This document shows positions 38,766-53,499 of a stretch of DNA of 64,000 nt, in pieces. Both the position numbers and the translations under genes were made by a program. Within the stretch, counting starts at the first letter, position 1. Each line of letters opens with the position of its first letter. The stretch is from Eledone cirrhosa (lineage: Eukaryota), in assembly GCA_964016885.1 (NCBI GenBank), contig OZ024742.1, positions 255,750,001 to 255,814,000 of the forward strand. The letters are read 5' to 3'. The notes under the pieces are model-generated. The model made no database searches and was not told the DNA's origin. It worked only from the letters and a program-made list of their open reading frames with translations.

Positions 38766-41700
38766 GGTCTGTTCGAACGCTTTTTGCTCGCTCCCAGGAA
38801 GTCGCTTTATTTACCTGTTATAATTATTTGTTGCATAATTTTTCTTGTTGTGTAAGGGATATAAGCCCTTGGACATTGCCTTGTGGAGGGGAAAGTATAA
38901 TATTTGGGCCTTTTGGCCCAAATATTTGATTAATATTTGAAACTTTTACTTTAAAAAATAAAATAAATATGGCTGAGCCACGCCCTCCAACAATATGTCT
39001 GCTGTCGTGTGACAACGGCGTAAAAGTTAAGAGGAGGGTTACAGAAACTCATACAACAAACACCACCACAAACAACATGAACAAAGACAACGACACCGAG
39101 AACACTAATTTCAAAAATATTACGACACCCACTACAACAATAACAGCGACCACCAAATTACAGACAGAAAAAAATGACAACAAATGCAACAACGATATTA
39201 ACACCACTAACAAGAAAATAAACAACAACACCAACAGCAACAATACAAATTGCTCCGTAAACAATAACAACGGTGGCACCCAAAACGCAACCAACTACAA
39301 CATTGATAACAGAAATAACACCAACAACACCGTTTGTAGCAGTAGCAACAGCAACAGCACCAACAAGACCAGTAGCAGTAGTAGCGGCAGCAATAATGAT
39401 GCCGCTGAAGAAGAGACCACTTCTTTCGCAGGTGTGGCCCGAAATATAGAGACAGTGCTAGTCACGGACGATGAGATGGCAGTCACATGAGCCATGGTGT
39501 CAATAAACGACAATAGAGTTTCCCTGAAACATCCACCCGATTTCTTCAAAGAACCGCACCGTAAGCAAAATGTCACATCGGGTAGAGAGAGCCACGGAGG
39601 CTCAAATCCCAAAGGCCTTTGGGTGCGTCTGGGCGCGCAAAATCACATCACCCCAGGCAAAAAGTACGCCACAGTAGACGTACATTTCGCCACCCCACAA
39701 GAATCGAAGTCTTACTCTTTGACTCTTTGGAAACCCTAAAGAGTGAGGAGACAGTCTTCGTGCCCTCCTACTGCGGGCAGAAAATTGTGAGGGTCAAAGT
39801 GACCCAGGTCCCACCCGATGTGACCATAATTTGGCTGGCCGCGTTTGTACAGACTGGAATCGATGAGAAGACCACCATACTGCAAATACAGAGAATTGGA
39901 AGAGAGAACTGGTCAGGAAAAGGCACGCAAATGCTGATACAGACGGACCAGGAGTGCATCGAGGCCATCCCAGACACCATAGACCTCGTAGAAGAACACC
40001 AACTCCCTATAAGCATGGAAAGAAGGCGTCCAAAGTGCTATCTCTGTGAGCAGAACGGTCACCTCAGGGCCTTCTGCCCGCAGAAGACAGCCAAGAAGAG
40101 GGCCCCCGCCTTCCGTCGCCTGATCCGCTGCTACCAAGAGCAGGGTGGGCAACAGAGGCAGAAGATCCTTCCATGGTTAGTAGAAGGGCAACGTCTGTGT
40201 TACCCATACCAAGGCCACGGACAACTAAAGCAGCAGCAGCAGTGGCGGCAACACCATCAGTCGCAGTAGTTAGACCGGCGGCAAAATCGCCGGAGCGGGC
40301 TCCACTACCACCACCAACAGCAGTGGAGCTTATACCCCTCCCAGGCACCACAGAATCCGACATGGAGTATGAGGCCGGAGGGAACTGGCAAACGGTCTGC
40401 CACAAAAAACAAAAAAGGAAAAACCCCTTAGCTACACCCTCCAAAAGCGAAGGCAAACAAAGAGGGATAAAGGCTGCAAGAAAACTTGCAGCAACACCAC
40501 CATCATAACTACCATAAGCATCACCAGCAACAGCAGCCACACCACCACCAACATCACTAAAAACACCAACATCGCAAACACAACAAAATACACTCGCCCA
40601 ACAGCAACAACAAGAAAACAGCAATAAAATCGGTTACCAAGAGGATATACACCGACATCATCTTGGAAAAACCCATGAACAGCCAAATGGAAGGTTCTAC
40701 TGTCCCGTCACAACGCGATCAAGGTAAGTGATCCTTTCTCACTTACCCTGTTTCTCATCCAGCATAGCCGTACTTAGAATAGGCAGTATAAATGAACGTG
40801 GCCTGGGATCATCTTAGAAGCAGGGTCACCTGTTCAGCGACTTCAGGTCACTAAATATAGATGTGGTGGCGATCAGCGAGAGCAGAATCTCCGAAGCACA
40901 AGCCTTCGCACCGATCTTCGGTGGCTACGATGTATACACATCTCCCATTCGTCCAGAATCGGGGGGAGGGTTTGCTGTGCTTTTTAGGAGAGGCTTGGAT
41001 CTCGCCATACGGGCGAAATTACAGAGACCGGATTAGCGAATTAGTTAAGCGTGCGTTGACGGGTGCGATCGTCAACAACAGGTGGTTATTTACCCTGAAA
41101 AGGGCTATTAGAGTAGAATCGATAAAGTTTAGCAAGGGAGTAGTGATAGAGCAAAATAGAGTAGAAGGAGAGTTAGTTAGAAAGCTAGAAGGGCCGTTTA
41201 GGACAGGCATCGCAACCGACCAATTCTTCAACGCAAAGCGTGAAGGCTGCGTTATCAGCAGCTTGAGCGCGTGCTCTAAGACACTAGGGGACTAAAGCCG
41301 TTCAATGGGCCCGGTTGATGGAGGCGCGACGTGGCAACAGCTCCAAAATTCGGTCTTTGCCTGATCAAAACGGGCGCATGTTGCTCGAACCCGAGCAGAT
41401 GTCTGCGGCTTTTCAACAGCACACAATTGTTCAAGAGCGGCGGCGGGCCGGATCGGAGTATGGACTTCGGTGCATACTTTGACGGACTACCGCGGCTCTT
41501 GACAACCGCAGCGCAGTGCTGCGAAAAGCAGATAACAACAGGTGAAATACGGAAAGCGATGTCTGACTGCACGAGGGGTACATCGCCACCATTGGATGGT
41601 CTGCCCTACGAGCTTTATTCGTATATGCCAGACATGTTCGGCGACCTCTTGGCAGATGTCTACTGTAACTGGCAGCAGAACGGGAGCATTCCCAGTTTTG

Positions 41701-43952
41701 TGAGCCGGGGAGCGGTGGCGCTGCTAAGAAAAGATCCGAACAAGAGGGACGTTATAGGCGACTTTAGGCCCATAACCCTGCTAAACGCACAGTTTAAGAT
41801 GTTGGCGAAGGTGTTAGCAAAGAGATTGGCGCTTGTCGTCGGTGATGTGGTGTTAGAGGCGCAGAAATGCGCCATTCCGGACAGATCCATCCACGACAAA
41901 CTCCATCTCATGCGATACATCATAGAGAGGCTGGTTAAGGAACCTGGAACGGCTGGGGCCCTGATCAACTTGGATCAATCTGAAGCATTTGATAGGGTTG
42001 ACTATCGGTACCTGGCTGCGGTCTTCGAGGCGGCCGGGATCGGGCCCGTTTTTAAGGCCTGGGTCGCTGAGATGCACAGCAACAATGCTCGATTGTGAGG
42101 GTGAATGGTCACCTGTCGCAGTCTTAAAGCATCATGCGCTCTATCCACCAGGGTTGCCCTCTCTCGTCCCTCTAGTACGTACTGGCCCTAAAGCCGCTAC
42201 TGCACAAATTGGAGACGATGAGGGGGGTCCCACGCGAACTGGGATGCGGGAGAGCCGTGTCAGCTATGTCGACCACGTCACCGTGGTGGTGTCGAGCACC
42301 AAACACGTCCAGATGCTCGGCACCGCTCTCAAAGAATACGAAGCGATGTCAGGAGCAAAGATGAACAAGGAAAAGTCGGTGGGCTTGCAGCTCGGCACCT
42401 GGAGAAGCAAGTCAATGCCGTCCAACAGCATCAACGGGTGCCGGACGGAAGGACCGGTTAAATTGCTCGTGGTCTGGTTTGGTCCGGACCTCCAGATGGA
42501 TGAAAACTGGAGCGAAGTGACGAGCAGGGTGGCCGCTCTCACCCAGAAATGGGCCGAGAGGAGGCTATCTCTGAAAGGTCGGGCAGAGGTGGCGAATGCA
42601 TACATAGCGTCCGTCATCTGCTGCAGCCTGACCGTCGTACCTTGCCCTCGCCCAACTCTGAGCAAAATGGAGCCCCTCTCTGCTGCTTTTTGTGGAAGGA
42701 ACGTGCTCCCATGGTCAGTGATCCATTTGCTGTAAACACTCGTTGCGCGGAGGAATAGGTATGCCACGGCTGATGATGCGCAAACATGCGGTGAGGCTGC
42801 GACATCTCTGGTGTTTCCTTGACGGTTAACAGGTGTGGTCGCCATTTGCCAGACGCGCTCTTCCCCAGCTCGTCTCCCTGACGGAGCTGCAGTCCTGGAT
42901 CAGGAAAAGACCGAAGGATAGCGCTTGGAAGCTGGAATGTCTCCAAGCGCTCACCACCCTCTACCAGCTGGGCACTAGTATCGGAGGAACATCCACCTCG
43001 GCGCTTTATAGAGGGTTAGTGGAGGTAAAGTGTGACGACGTTCTCGGGGAGTTATTGGGTGTCGAAGACGATCATCTGTTCGCTCTCTTCAAGAAAACTT
43101 TCAGAGCGGGGCCTATGGACAACTTCCAGAAATACTTGGCCTCGCAGTGCTACCGGGGAGCGTTGCCGGTTCGGGATAAACTCTACAGGCACGGAAGTGG
43201 CGTCAGCCGAGGCTGTCCGAGATGTGCGCTGAGCGACGAAACCGTCGTGCATGCACTCGTTTTGTGCCCGAGCATTGCTGACTTGTGGAGCTATGTCGAA
43301 CAGTTGCTGTCACGTGTAGGACCGATCCGTTTATCGACTGAGTCCATTGTGCAGATGGTCTCGCTGTCTTTCTTCGAGGAGAGGAGGAAGGGTAGGCGGT
43401 TTTCATCTGCCTAGTGATCATGGCGAAAGAGATTGTGTGGTGGACAAGATTGAAAGGGTTACAGACAGACACTTTCCTCTTTGTGGAATGCCTGATTAAC
43501 TTTTTCAAGTTTCATTTAAAGAGGAAAATCAGGCTGGAGAGGCAAGTGCTGTTTTCTAGCAAGTATGTTGAAACATTGGTGAAGTAACGATAATGGTCCG
43601 GGTGAACATGACCGCTCTGAATATCCGCTTGTAGTTTGATGAATGGAAAAATTGAGAGAGGAAACTTGCCCTGGTGGTCAGGGTGGCTGTGGTCTTTTGT
43701 GTGGTTTTCGCCACGAGGAACTCTCGGAGATTTCCCCCTATTGGGGAATTTTTCATTGTTTCAATTTTCAGTTTTATTGTTTATATATATATATGTTTCT
43801 ATGTCTTTTTTTCTTTTTGCTTATTATATAAAAAATAAATATCTTTACACGCACAAAACCCATATCGTACCGTCCTGTACCGTCCTTTGCCGTCTGTAAT
43901 GTTTTTCTTGATGTCAACCCTTGTGGCCAATAAAGAAATTATTATTATTATT
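38766..43952 (+). mobile_element. Tx1/L1-clade non-LTR retrotransposon, copy 1 (decayed; APE endonuclease mostly deleted)
   Basis: ORF1 zinc knuckle CYLCEQNGHLRAFC; ORF2 DGLPYELY, FRPITLLN, LDQSEAFDRV, SYVDHV, C-terminal CPRC..SDETVVHALVLC; ends aataaagaa(att)n. Confidence 0.92.
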
Positions 43953-44869
43953 GAATGCCATGGTTGACGGAGGCTCGGCTCTGTAAGGTATAGTAATTTT
44001 TAACCGCTATAACAATTGTAAATTGTTTAAAACTTTAACCAAATTGTAGATAAAAACACCCTCCTCCTCGTGAGAGGGGTCTTTCTGTCCGTTATTTGGT
44101 CCTTCGTGGTTAAATAACCGCTTATTGGGGTTTTGTGCCCAATATTCATTTTAAACCGAAAAAAACATGGCTACAAAAAATAATTTTCACAAGTCACTCC
44201 CACTCATTCCGTCTTCTTCTTCCTCAATCGTCACTACATCAGAGAGAAGATTGTCTCCCTCCCCCCCTTCTCTAATTGTGTCTCTCTCCCTCCCTTCTCG
44301 TTCGCAAGCGACGCCATTAAAGAAAAAGAAAAATATAGTTTCTGATAACTTTCACCAAGAGCACGTGCATACCGTGGAACATTTCTCCACGACGACGACA
44401 AATGTATGCGGTAAATACGGAAAGCCATGTCATTCGTCTGACGTCATGAAGAATAGCATTAGCAGCCGTAATAACAGCAGCAGCAGCAACAGTGACAAGG
44501 AAAACACTAGTAGCAGCCGCAACAACATCAGCAGCAGCATAAACAACAACAGCAGCAGCAGCAGCAACAACAGCAACAACAAGAGCAGCAACAGCAACAA
44601 CATCAACAACTACAACAGCGGCGGCGGCGGTCGTAGTACCAGCAGCAACAATAAAACATAACAACAGTTCTGACGACAACGACAACAACAAGAAGAAGAA
44701 AGAAAAACCAATCTCGTTTGCAGGTATCGCAAATAACCTGGAAACCATCCTTGTAACAAATGAGGAATTACAGGAAACAAAGAAGATGGTGAAGAAAACC
44801 GTACACCGCCAATCTGCAAGGCAGTCGAACATTTTTCGAAACCCAACAGCACTGTACGGTCACGTACCG

Positions 44870-46781
44870 CAGTGGTCGCCAACATGGGTTCCGCGGAACC
44901 TTGGGGTTCCGTAAAACAAACTCCGGGTTCCTTAAAAAAATAAATATTTACATTACCATTAATATTTTAGGTTTTCTGAAAAAGGTGCTAAGAAAATGCC
45001 AAAGGTGCAATGTATAAATGAACGAGTAATATTGTAGTGTACACAGGTTCACCACTCCAATTCGAAGAAAACACTACTTTTAGTTTCTCACTTGAATTAG
45101 CAGAACAACACTGTTCTGAGATTCGTGAAAATTGAATACTTTCAATTTCACATCAATTCTTGGAAAGACATAGTTTTCTGAATTCCGTAAGGACAAAGAA
45201 AAATTAAGTCAGTTACCATTGTCAGCTGTAAAAAGAAGGATAATTGATATTTCTTCTGATATAGAAAATCAGATACTAACTGCACTAAAGAAAAGCACGT
45301 TTTAGTCTGCAAGTGGACGAAACTACGGTTATTAATAACAAGGCTCAATTAATTTGCTATGTACGGTTTGTAGACCTTGATAAAAAAGAATTAGTAGAAG
45401 AGTATTTGTTTTGTCTGGTATTAGACATCACAACTAATGGTCAAGATATATTCAATAAAATTGAAGAGTATTTAAAAAAAAAATGGTGTATCTTGGAGCA
45501 AGTTGACTTCAATAACAACAGATGGAGCAGATGCAATGACTGGTAAAAATTCTGGTTTGATTGCAAACATTAAAGAAGAGACCCCAAATTGTATTTCAAA
45601 TCATTGTATGATTCATCGAGAGGTTTTGTATTCAAAAAAATTCAAAGACACAGATGCTCAAATATTAAATGACCAACTGAAAGACATTGTCAAAATTATC
45701 AATTTGATCCATGCAAGAGCAAAAAATTCTAGAATGTTTGAATCTATTTGTGAATCTTCTGGAAGTAATTATAATAGATTGTTATTGAACAATGATGTGC
45801 GTTGGCTGTCTTTTGGGGATGCTATGAAGAGAGTTTTTGAACTGAGAAAAGAAATAATAGTTTTTCTAAAAAAACAATGATGAAAGTGCAAGTGTATTAG
45901 AAACCAATGAATGGAATGTGCAACTCGCTTATTTAGTAGATATTTTTGGTGAACTGAACAAACTAAATAAGTGTCTTCAGGGTAACAATGCAGATATTTT
46001 TACTTCAATCAATTTTATTACATATTTTCAATCAAAATTAAACATCTTTATAAAAAGAATTGAATCGGACAATTACTCATTACTTTCAAACCTTGAAATA
46101 TAGATTAAAAAAAAAGAAGATTTTGACTCCAGCAATCTAAAGAAGATTATTCTTTGTCATTTAAATGTGCTTCCCACAAGTTTTTCAGATTATTTTGACT
46201 TGATGGAAAAAGATATTGTTAGCGGAAATTTATGGATAAAAAACCCGTTCACCGAGATCGAGCAGTTAGTGTCAGAAAATGGCGCTGGAAATTGTAAAAG
46301 TTCACTACCTGCACAATGCTTACATCAGTTGATGGATTTGAATTCAAACGAAGACCTGAAAGTGATATTCGAAAGCAGAAAGAAAGAACTATGGATCGAC
46401 TTATTTTCTATTCGGTAGTTTAATGAAATCAGTCAACTTGCATTGAAATATTTGACTTTATTCCCATCTAGCTACTTGTGCAAAGGGTTTTCGCAGTTGG
46501 TAGAAATCTGCACAAAGAAGATGAATAAACTGTCAGCAATTGACGACTGTATGAGACTGGCATTAACTAGTGTTGAACCTCGATTTTCTAAACTCACAGA
46601 TGAGGCGCAGCAGCAGAAAAGCCACTAGTTAATTGTGTTCGATTACATACACACGCATGAAACACTAAAATAAATAAATACTTTTTTTTTTTTTTTGAAA
46701 AGTTTTGTATTTTATAGGTTCCTGTGAAGAATTCAACATATTTAGAGGGTTCCTCGGTTTTAGAAAGGTTGGCGACCACTG
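44870..46781 (+). mobile_element. hAT transposon, Buster/Charlie type
   Basis: 14-bp TIRs cagtggtcgccaac / gttggcgaccactg; 8-bp TSD acgtaccg (44862-44869 and 46782-46789) with central TA. Confidence 0.95.
45313..46628 (+). pseudogene. Buster-type hAT transposase, N-terminus missing, with frameshifts
   Basis: DETT...AQL..YVRF, TDGA.AMTG, HCMIHRE, VRWLS, LAYLVDIF, FPSSYLC. Confidence 0.9.
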
Positions 46782-49457
46782 ACGTACCGTACAGTAAGCA
46801 CAAAATCCCGTAGGGTTGATAGGGCCATAGATGCTCAAATATAAAATGCCTTAGGGTTTGTGTGGTAGCACCCGAGGCAAGAAATATGCCACCGTGGACG
46901 TGCTTTTTGCCACACCGCAGGAGGCAAAGGATCAATCCTTATTGACCCTAAGGAGCGAGGAAATGGTGTTGGTGCCCTCATACCGCGGTCAAAAAATTGT
47001 GAGGGTCAAACTGACCCACGTGACCCCCCAGCCCCCAGGATGGCCCCTTCTTGGCTGGCCGTGTCTGTCCTCGTCGGAATCGAGGACAAAACAACTGTAC
47101 TGCAAGTATAGAAAAAAATACGAGAAGATTGGGTCGGCACCTCCATTGAGATGTTAATCCAAACCAACCAGGAGTGCATCGAAGCTATACTGGATGTGAT
47201 AGACTTCGATAACGACACTCAACTGCCCATACGTGTTGAGGGCAAACGCCCGAAATGCTTTCGCTGTGGATCGAAGACTCACCTCAGGGCCTTCTGCAAT
47301 GAGAAGACCCCGAGAAAGGAGAAAACCCCCCTCCTTCCGAAACCGGCTCCACTGCTACCAGCAACAGGACAGGCGGCAAGCAATAAGGATAGGTCCGTGG
47401 CACCCATACCCACGCCACGGAATTCAAGAACAGCAGCAGCAGTGGAAGTATTAACAACAACAACAGTAATACCAACTGCAGCTGCAACAGAGACTCCACT
47501 GCAAACATCACCAACAACAACAAGTGAAAGAGTGGAGCTGGTACCCCTCCCCGACCTCACAGAATCGGACATGGAGTGTGAGGTGGGAGAGGGATGGCAA
47601 AAGGTCGCAAGAAGGCACAAACGCAGTAGCAGCGCATCGTCGCCTTCGAAAAGGGAGGAAAGAAATGAAAAAAGGGTAAAGGCTATTGCAAAGAAACTTA
47701 CATCAACAACACCACCAATACCATCACCACCCACACTACCACCACCATCACCACCGGCGGCAACCCAACCGCAAACAACAACAAGACCTTCAACACCACC
47801 ACCACAAGCACCAACATCGCAAACACAACAACAAAACACACACACCCAGCAACAACGACAAGAAAATAGCAGAACCACATCCCACCACCAGAAAAACAAA
47901 TGCACAGCAATAAATACACACAACAAGAAACTAATGACTTACATATTTGAAGCCACAGAGATTTCACAGCACCACTACATAATACCAGCACCAATCAAAA
48001 CACCAACGAACATAAGACTGGTAAGAATAGCACAGAAACAATACACAAACATTAAAACGAAATTCCCCAACGCAGTTGGTGATTTCAGAGACCTAGGAGG
48101 GACACTCAACCTGGAGAGTATATTCGGATATACTCACAGAAGAGCCGACAACCAGCCGAAGGGACGATTCAACGGTCCTTTCACCATCCTTCCTCTACGA
48201 TAAGTAAGGTAAGTGGTCTTTCCCATCTTTTCCACTCCATTTCAACATGACCTCACTCAGAATAGGCAGGTTAAATGCGCGTGGCTTGGGGTCGTCATGG
48301 AAGCAGGGCTACCTGCTCAACGACCTCAGGTCACTAAACATAGATGTAGTGTCCATCAGCGAGACCAGAATCTCCGAAGCACGGGCCTTCGCACCGATCT
48401 TCGGCGGCTACGATGTGTACGCATCTCCCAGCCGTCCTGGTCGGAGGGAGGGGTTGCTTGTCTTTTTCGGACTGGTTTGGATCTCGCCATACGGGCCATC
48501 TTCCTGGACCCAGAAGGTAAGTTGGTGGTGCTGGACGTGACCAGCGGAGACGGGCAAGCTTTCAGGCTAGTGGCCGTCTATGCCCCGACAGGAGCAGGGC
48601 GGCCTGATTTCTTCCGGCGTCTGGAGACCTTTCTAGGAACGTCCCGCTCTTTAGTGTTAGTGGGCGACTGGAATGGGATCTTAGATGCACGCTGGGACTG
48701 TGTGAGATTAGCGGATATTTGTAAAAGCCTCGCAAACCTGCTCAGACGGTTTCAACTGTCTGACAGGTACCGTCTGGATTTCCCGAATGTGCCAATGTGG
48801 ACATGGTGATAATACCTAGATAGGGTATTTTGTAGGGAAATAGATAGGTCTAGCATAGTCTGTCCACATTTCAAAATAGTCGACTACACGGTCCTAAAAT
48901 TCGTGATATGTGAGGTTGACTGAGATAGGCTTCATAGACAGAGACTCGGCTACTGGAAGCTAAACGCGTCATTAACAGCGCGCAAGACCTACAGAGACCG
49001 GATTAGCAAACTAGTTAAGCGGGCGTTGTCGGGGGCCACCGTGAACAACAAATGGTGGTTTGCACTGAAAAGAGCGATTAGAATAGAGTTCATTAGATTT
49101 AGTAAGGCTTTAGCAATAGAGAAAATTAGAGCAGAGTGAGAACTAGTTAGAAAATTAGAGGAAGCGCTTAGCAAAGGCATCGCGACATGACGTACTTGCG
49201 GCGAAATTGGCCCTTGACAAATTCTTCAACGAAAGCTGTCGGAAGAGTCGACCATCGCTATCTTGCGGCAGTCCTGAGGGCTTTGGGCTCGTCCTCAGAG
49301 GCTGGATCGCAGCCATGCACAACGACATCTGCTCGGTCCGCCAAGGATCTCCCCTCTGGTCCCTCTTGTCCGTATTGACTCTCGAGCCATTACTGCACAA
49401 ACTGGAGACGTTGAGGGGGATCCCGCGCGAACTAGGATGCGGAAGATCCGCGTCAGC

Positions 49458-49711
<254 letters not shown>

Positions 49712-49742
49712 ATATATATATATAGATATAGATATATATATA

Positions 49743-49834
<92 letters not shown>

Positions 49835-50004
49835 CCCACTTCAACAGCAACAACCCCCCCCCCCAAAAAAAAAAAAACAATGCATTATTTAAATTATATA
49901 AACATTTTTGGGTGTTTATATACAATTGAAATATGCCTGTAGATCATTTTATTTTTGGGAAAACTGTGCATTCTAATAAATAATGCCTGTACATGTAATC
50001 CACG

Positions 50005-50046
<42 letters not shown>

Positions 50047-50246
50047 AAAAAAGGTGAAATCGAAAATGCAACAGGAGTCTTATTTAAAAAAATATATATA
50101 TATTTATTTGGTTCCTTTACCGGTTTCGCAGTTCTTCTGCCTTTCAAAAGTAGAGTTGAGATGGAGGGTCTGTGGTTTTTCTCACATCTGATTGGTCTCT
50201 GAATGTTACTTGTATTATATGGAAAAAGTGTATATATATATATATT

Positions 50247-50321
<75 letters not shown>

Positions 50322-50744
50322 TTATAATGGTAAAAGTATCAAATTTGTAGAGCGCTCGGCCTATGGGACAAGTTATTAAATTCAATGCTTCGGCGAAGAC
50401 ATAACATGGTGAAATGCTGGGCATGAGTGTCATTAACTGAACTCAATTTATTCAACAGTTCAATAAGTTGAGTTCACGCCGTAGGAAATAAAAGTAATAT
50501 TTTTCACAATCAGTGGCTAGTTTCATCTCAGTTGAAATGGAAACTGGACAGTTCTCCCCTTAGAACTGTATCGTCAACTACCTTCACATGACAATTTAGA
50601 CAGTACGTTAAATAGATATTAAATAGTCTTAGAGGTAGCCATAACGATTATTTTAATTGTATTTATATATACATATTATAGACATATGTATGAATTTCTC
50701 TCATAATACACACAGACACACACAAACACACATTTATATATATA

Positions 50745-51270
50745 ATTGAGCAACATCGGTGAAGTTGGCACCCTTAACTCACAGTTGGGTGCGGATGCAT
50801 TCATGTATATGTGTGTGTCCGCATGTATCTGTGTGTTTCTAAATATATTGTTAATAACTCCCTCTGGTCGAGCAATCTTTGAAGTGTGGGGACAGCTGGA
50901 AAGCTTCCATTACTCATACTTCTCGCCTCCTTCACCACCTCTTCTACGGCTTCGATATAAATACCCCCTCCGCCTCCGTGGTATTTTCTTCGTGGTTATA
51001 AGAGGCTTAGCTCTGTTTCTCGACCGTTATATCGCGTGACTATCTCCCCCTCCGCCTTTTGGGATTCTTTCTCACGTCGTGTAGACGCGTTCTTGAGACT
51101 AGTAAAATGAGGTATCCTCTTCATAAGTCGGCAGACCTCGCAAGGACTCTATATCTTTATGATATATTGTTTTTGTTTATGCCACGAAACTACGTAGTCG
51201 AGGAATCTAGAAGCAGTTTAGGTATGATACATTTTATTACTAATTATATCTAAATGTTTCTTCTCTCTTC

Positions 51271-51274
<4 letters not shown>
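50745..51274. mobile_element. Diverged inverted copy of the 9808-10485 element
   Basis: atgaggtatcctctt.ataagtcggcagacctc, gccacgaaactacgtagtcg and tctaaatgtttcttctctcttcataat are reverse complements of blocks in 9808-9985. Confidence 0.8.
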
Positions 51275-51328
<54 letters not shown>

Positions 51329-51948
51329 TGTGTGTGTATATGTATATGTATATGTCAGTTCACTCTTCAGCGCTACTGGTATCATGTAACACAGTACAAC
51401 CTGTACATGGTCGGGTAGTCGGTGACTAAAACGACAACTCCACCGAGCTTACTTGGTGAGGAGTGTTATTTTGGGCACTATACGGGATGAAAAACAAAAC
51501 CCGTTAAAGGGCAGAGGAACTCAGGAGATTCAGCGGCCATCCAATAAATATTTTTTTTTGGGGGGGGGATATTCCTAGTTTCATTAAGAAATCTCTCTAG
51601 AAGGTCACTCTGATATAAAACATGCGACTTCGTTTGCATTCAATAATGTTGAGCAGCTCTTCGTTTTGGGCAAATACAATCGATATTCAGAGTGTGGGAT
51701 TGGTTTCGTGCAAAGACTTTCCCACTTAAAGATTCAAGCACAAGCAGTGCTTGATAGGTGACATTTTTTGTGAAGTATGGTATTGCAGACTAAAGAGCTA
51801 CGCGCATGATTCTCATGCTTAAGTATTGATCGATGGCATTACTAAGAAAAAAAGAAAATGAGTTGTTTCATACACACACAGACACACAGACATTTATATA
51901 TATATTATGGTATAATATGATTGATATAATTTTGTTTTATCTACATTT

Positions 51949-52113
<165 letters not shown>

Positions 52114-52268
52114 GTATATATATACAAATATAAATTCAGCGAGAATCGTATTTCGGCTGGTATAAAAAGCGAAACGAAACGCAAAATCGTAGATATGGTG
52201 GCAAGTGCTCCAATAGTTAAGAAAAGTAGAGCTAAACAATATGTTAAAACGCCATACAAACTGAAAAA

Positions 52269-52368
<100 letters not shown>

Positions 52369-52668
52369 AATTTTAGTACAGCATTGACGAAGCTCTAGTA
52401 TACGGCCAAGCTAGCGTGTATGCTTATTCGGTTTGTAGCTTTAACACTCATATGAGGTAAGACCCCAGAGTATAACATTATGTTCAGACAGCTTAGCAAA
52501 TTAGATATAGCAGTCGGCAGTCCGACCGCATCACTATAGCAACGAGGTAGAGATTTATATATATATAAACGGAAATATGTGTGCATGTATGTATATATAT
52601 ATACATACTACTGTACGTCTGTATACATATATGTATGTACGTGTACATACTTATATATATATATATAT

Positions 52669-53260
52669 TTAGTAAGTAAGTTAATTTTTAATTTTTTTTT
52701 AAATTTCTCTTATTTTACGTCTTTCATGTTATTGTTCTGCATCCTCCTGCATTGAACCACCTAGGTACTATGACATAACTTATGTATTTGCTAGCATTAG
52801 TGTACATCTGTACGCATATGTTGGTAGATATACTAATTCTCTATAATTATCTCCAAATTATTTATTTGTTGAGCAAAACTGCCAAATCCACTACTAATTC
52901 ATTGGTGTGGTAGTAGGCTTTTGTCATCATACCAACCCACTCCTTTCGACTAGCCTCTGTGTCACGTGATTGATTCTTTAGAATCTGCCATTTGACCAGA
53001 GACAGCGAACTTTTTCAGTGCATGGAATCCAGTTCCCGCTAGCTGTTCCATCCACCGAATTATTATTATTTTTATATGAGTCCCTAGTGTCCGCGCACTG
53101 CCTGGAGACTTAGCTGTGAATAGACTCCCTGATGACGTATGAATTCTCGATGGTTATATTACGTAACTATCTTTATCCCATTACAGAAACTAATTAGTTG
53201 GAGTGAAAATTTTAGTAAGTTAATCTTTAATTTTTCTTTTAATTTTTCTTATTTTACGTC

Positions 53261-53266
<6 letters not shown>
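52669..53266 (+). mobile_element. Retrozyme-like element, 1.1 monomers (about 539 bp), between (TA)n tracts
   Basis: Terminal direct repeat ...ttattttacgtctttcat at about 52712 and 53251; colinear with 20497-21088. Confidence 0.85.
53124..53204 (+). ncRNA. Type I hammerhead ribozyme motif
   Basis: actcc-CTGATGA-c gtatg...cattac a-GAAA-ctaattag-TT-ggagt. Confidence 0.85.
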
Positions 53267-53311
<45 letters not shown>

Positions 53312-53499
53312 TGTACACGTACATACATATATGTATACAGACGTACAGTAGTATGTATATATATACCTACATGCACACATATTTCCGTTTATATATATAT
53401 ATATATATACTTTTTCAGTTTGTATGGCGTTTTAACATATTGTTTTTATATATATTTATTTAAAAAAAAAAGCGGTGTAACACACAATTTGTGATTTAT

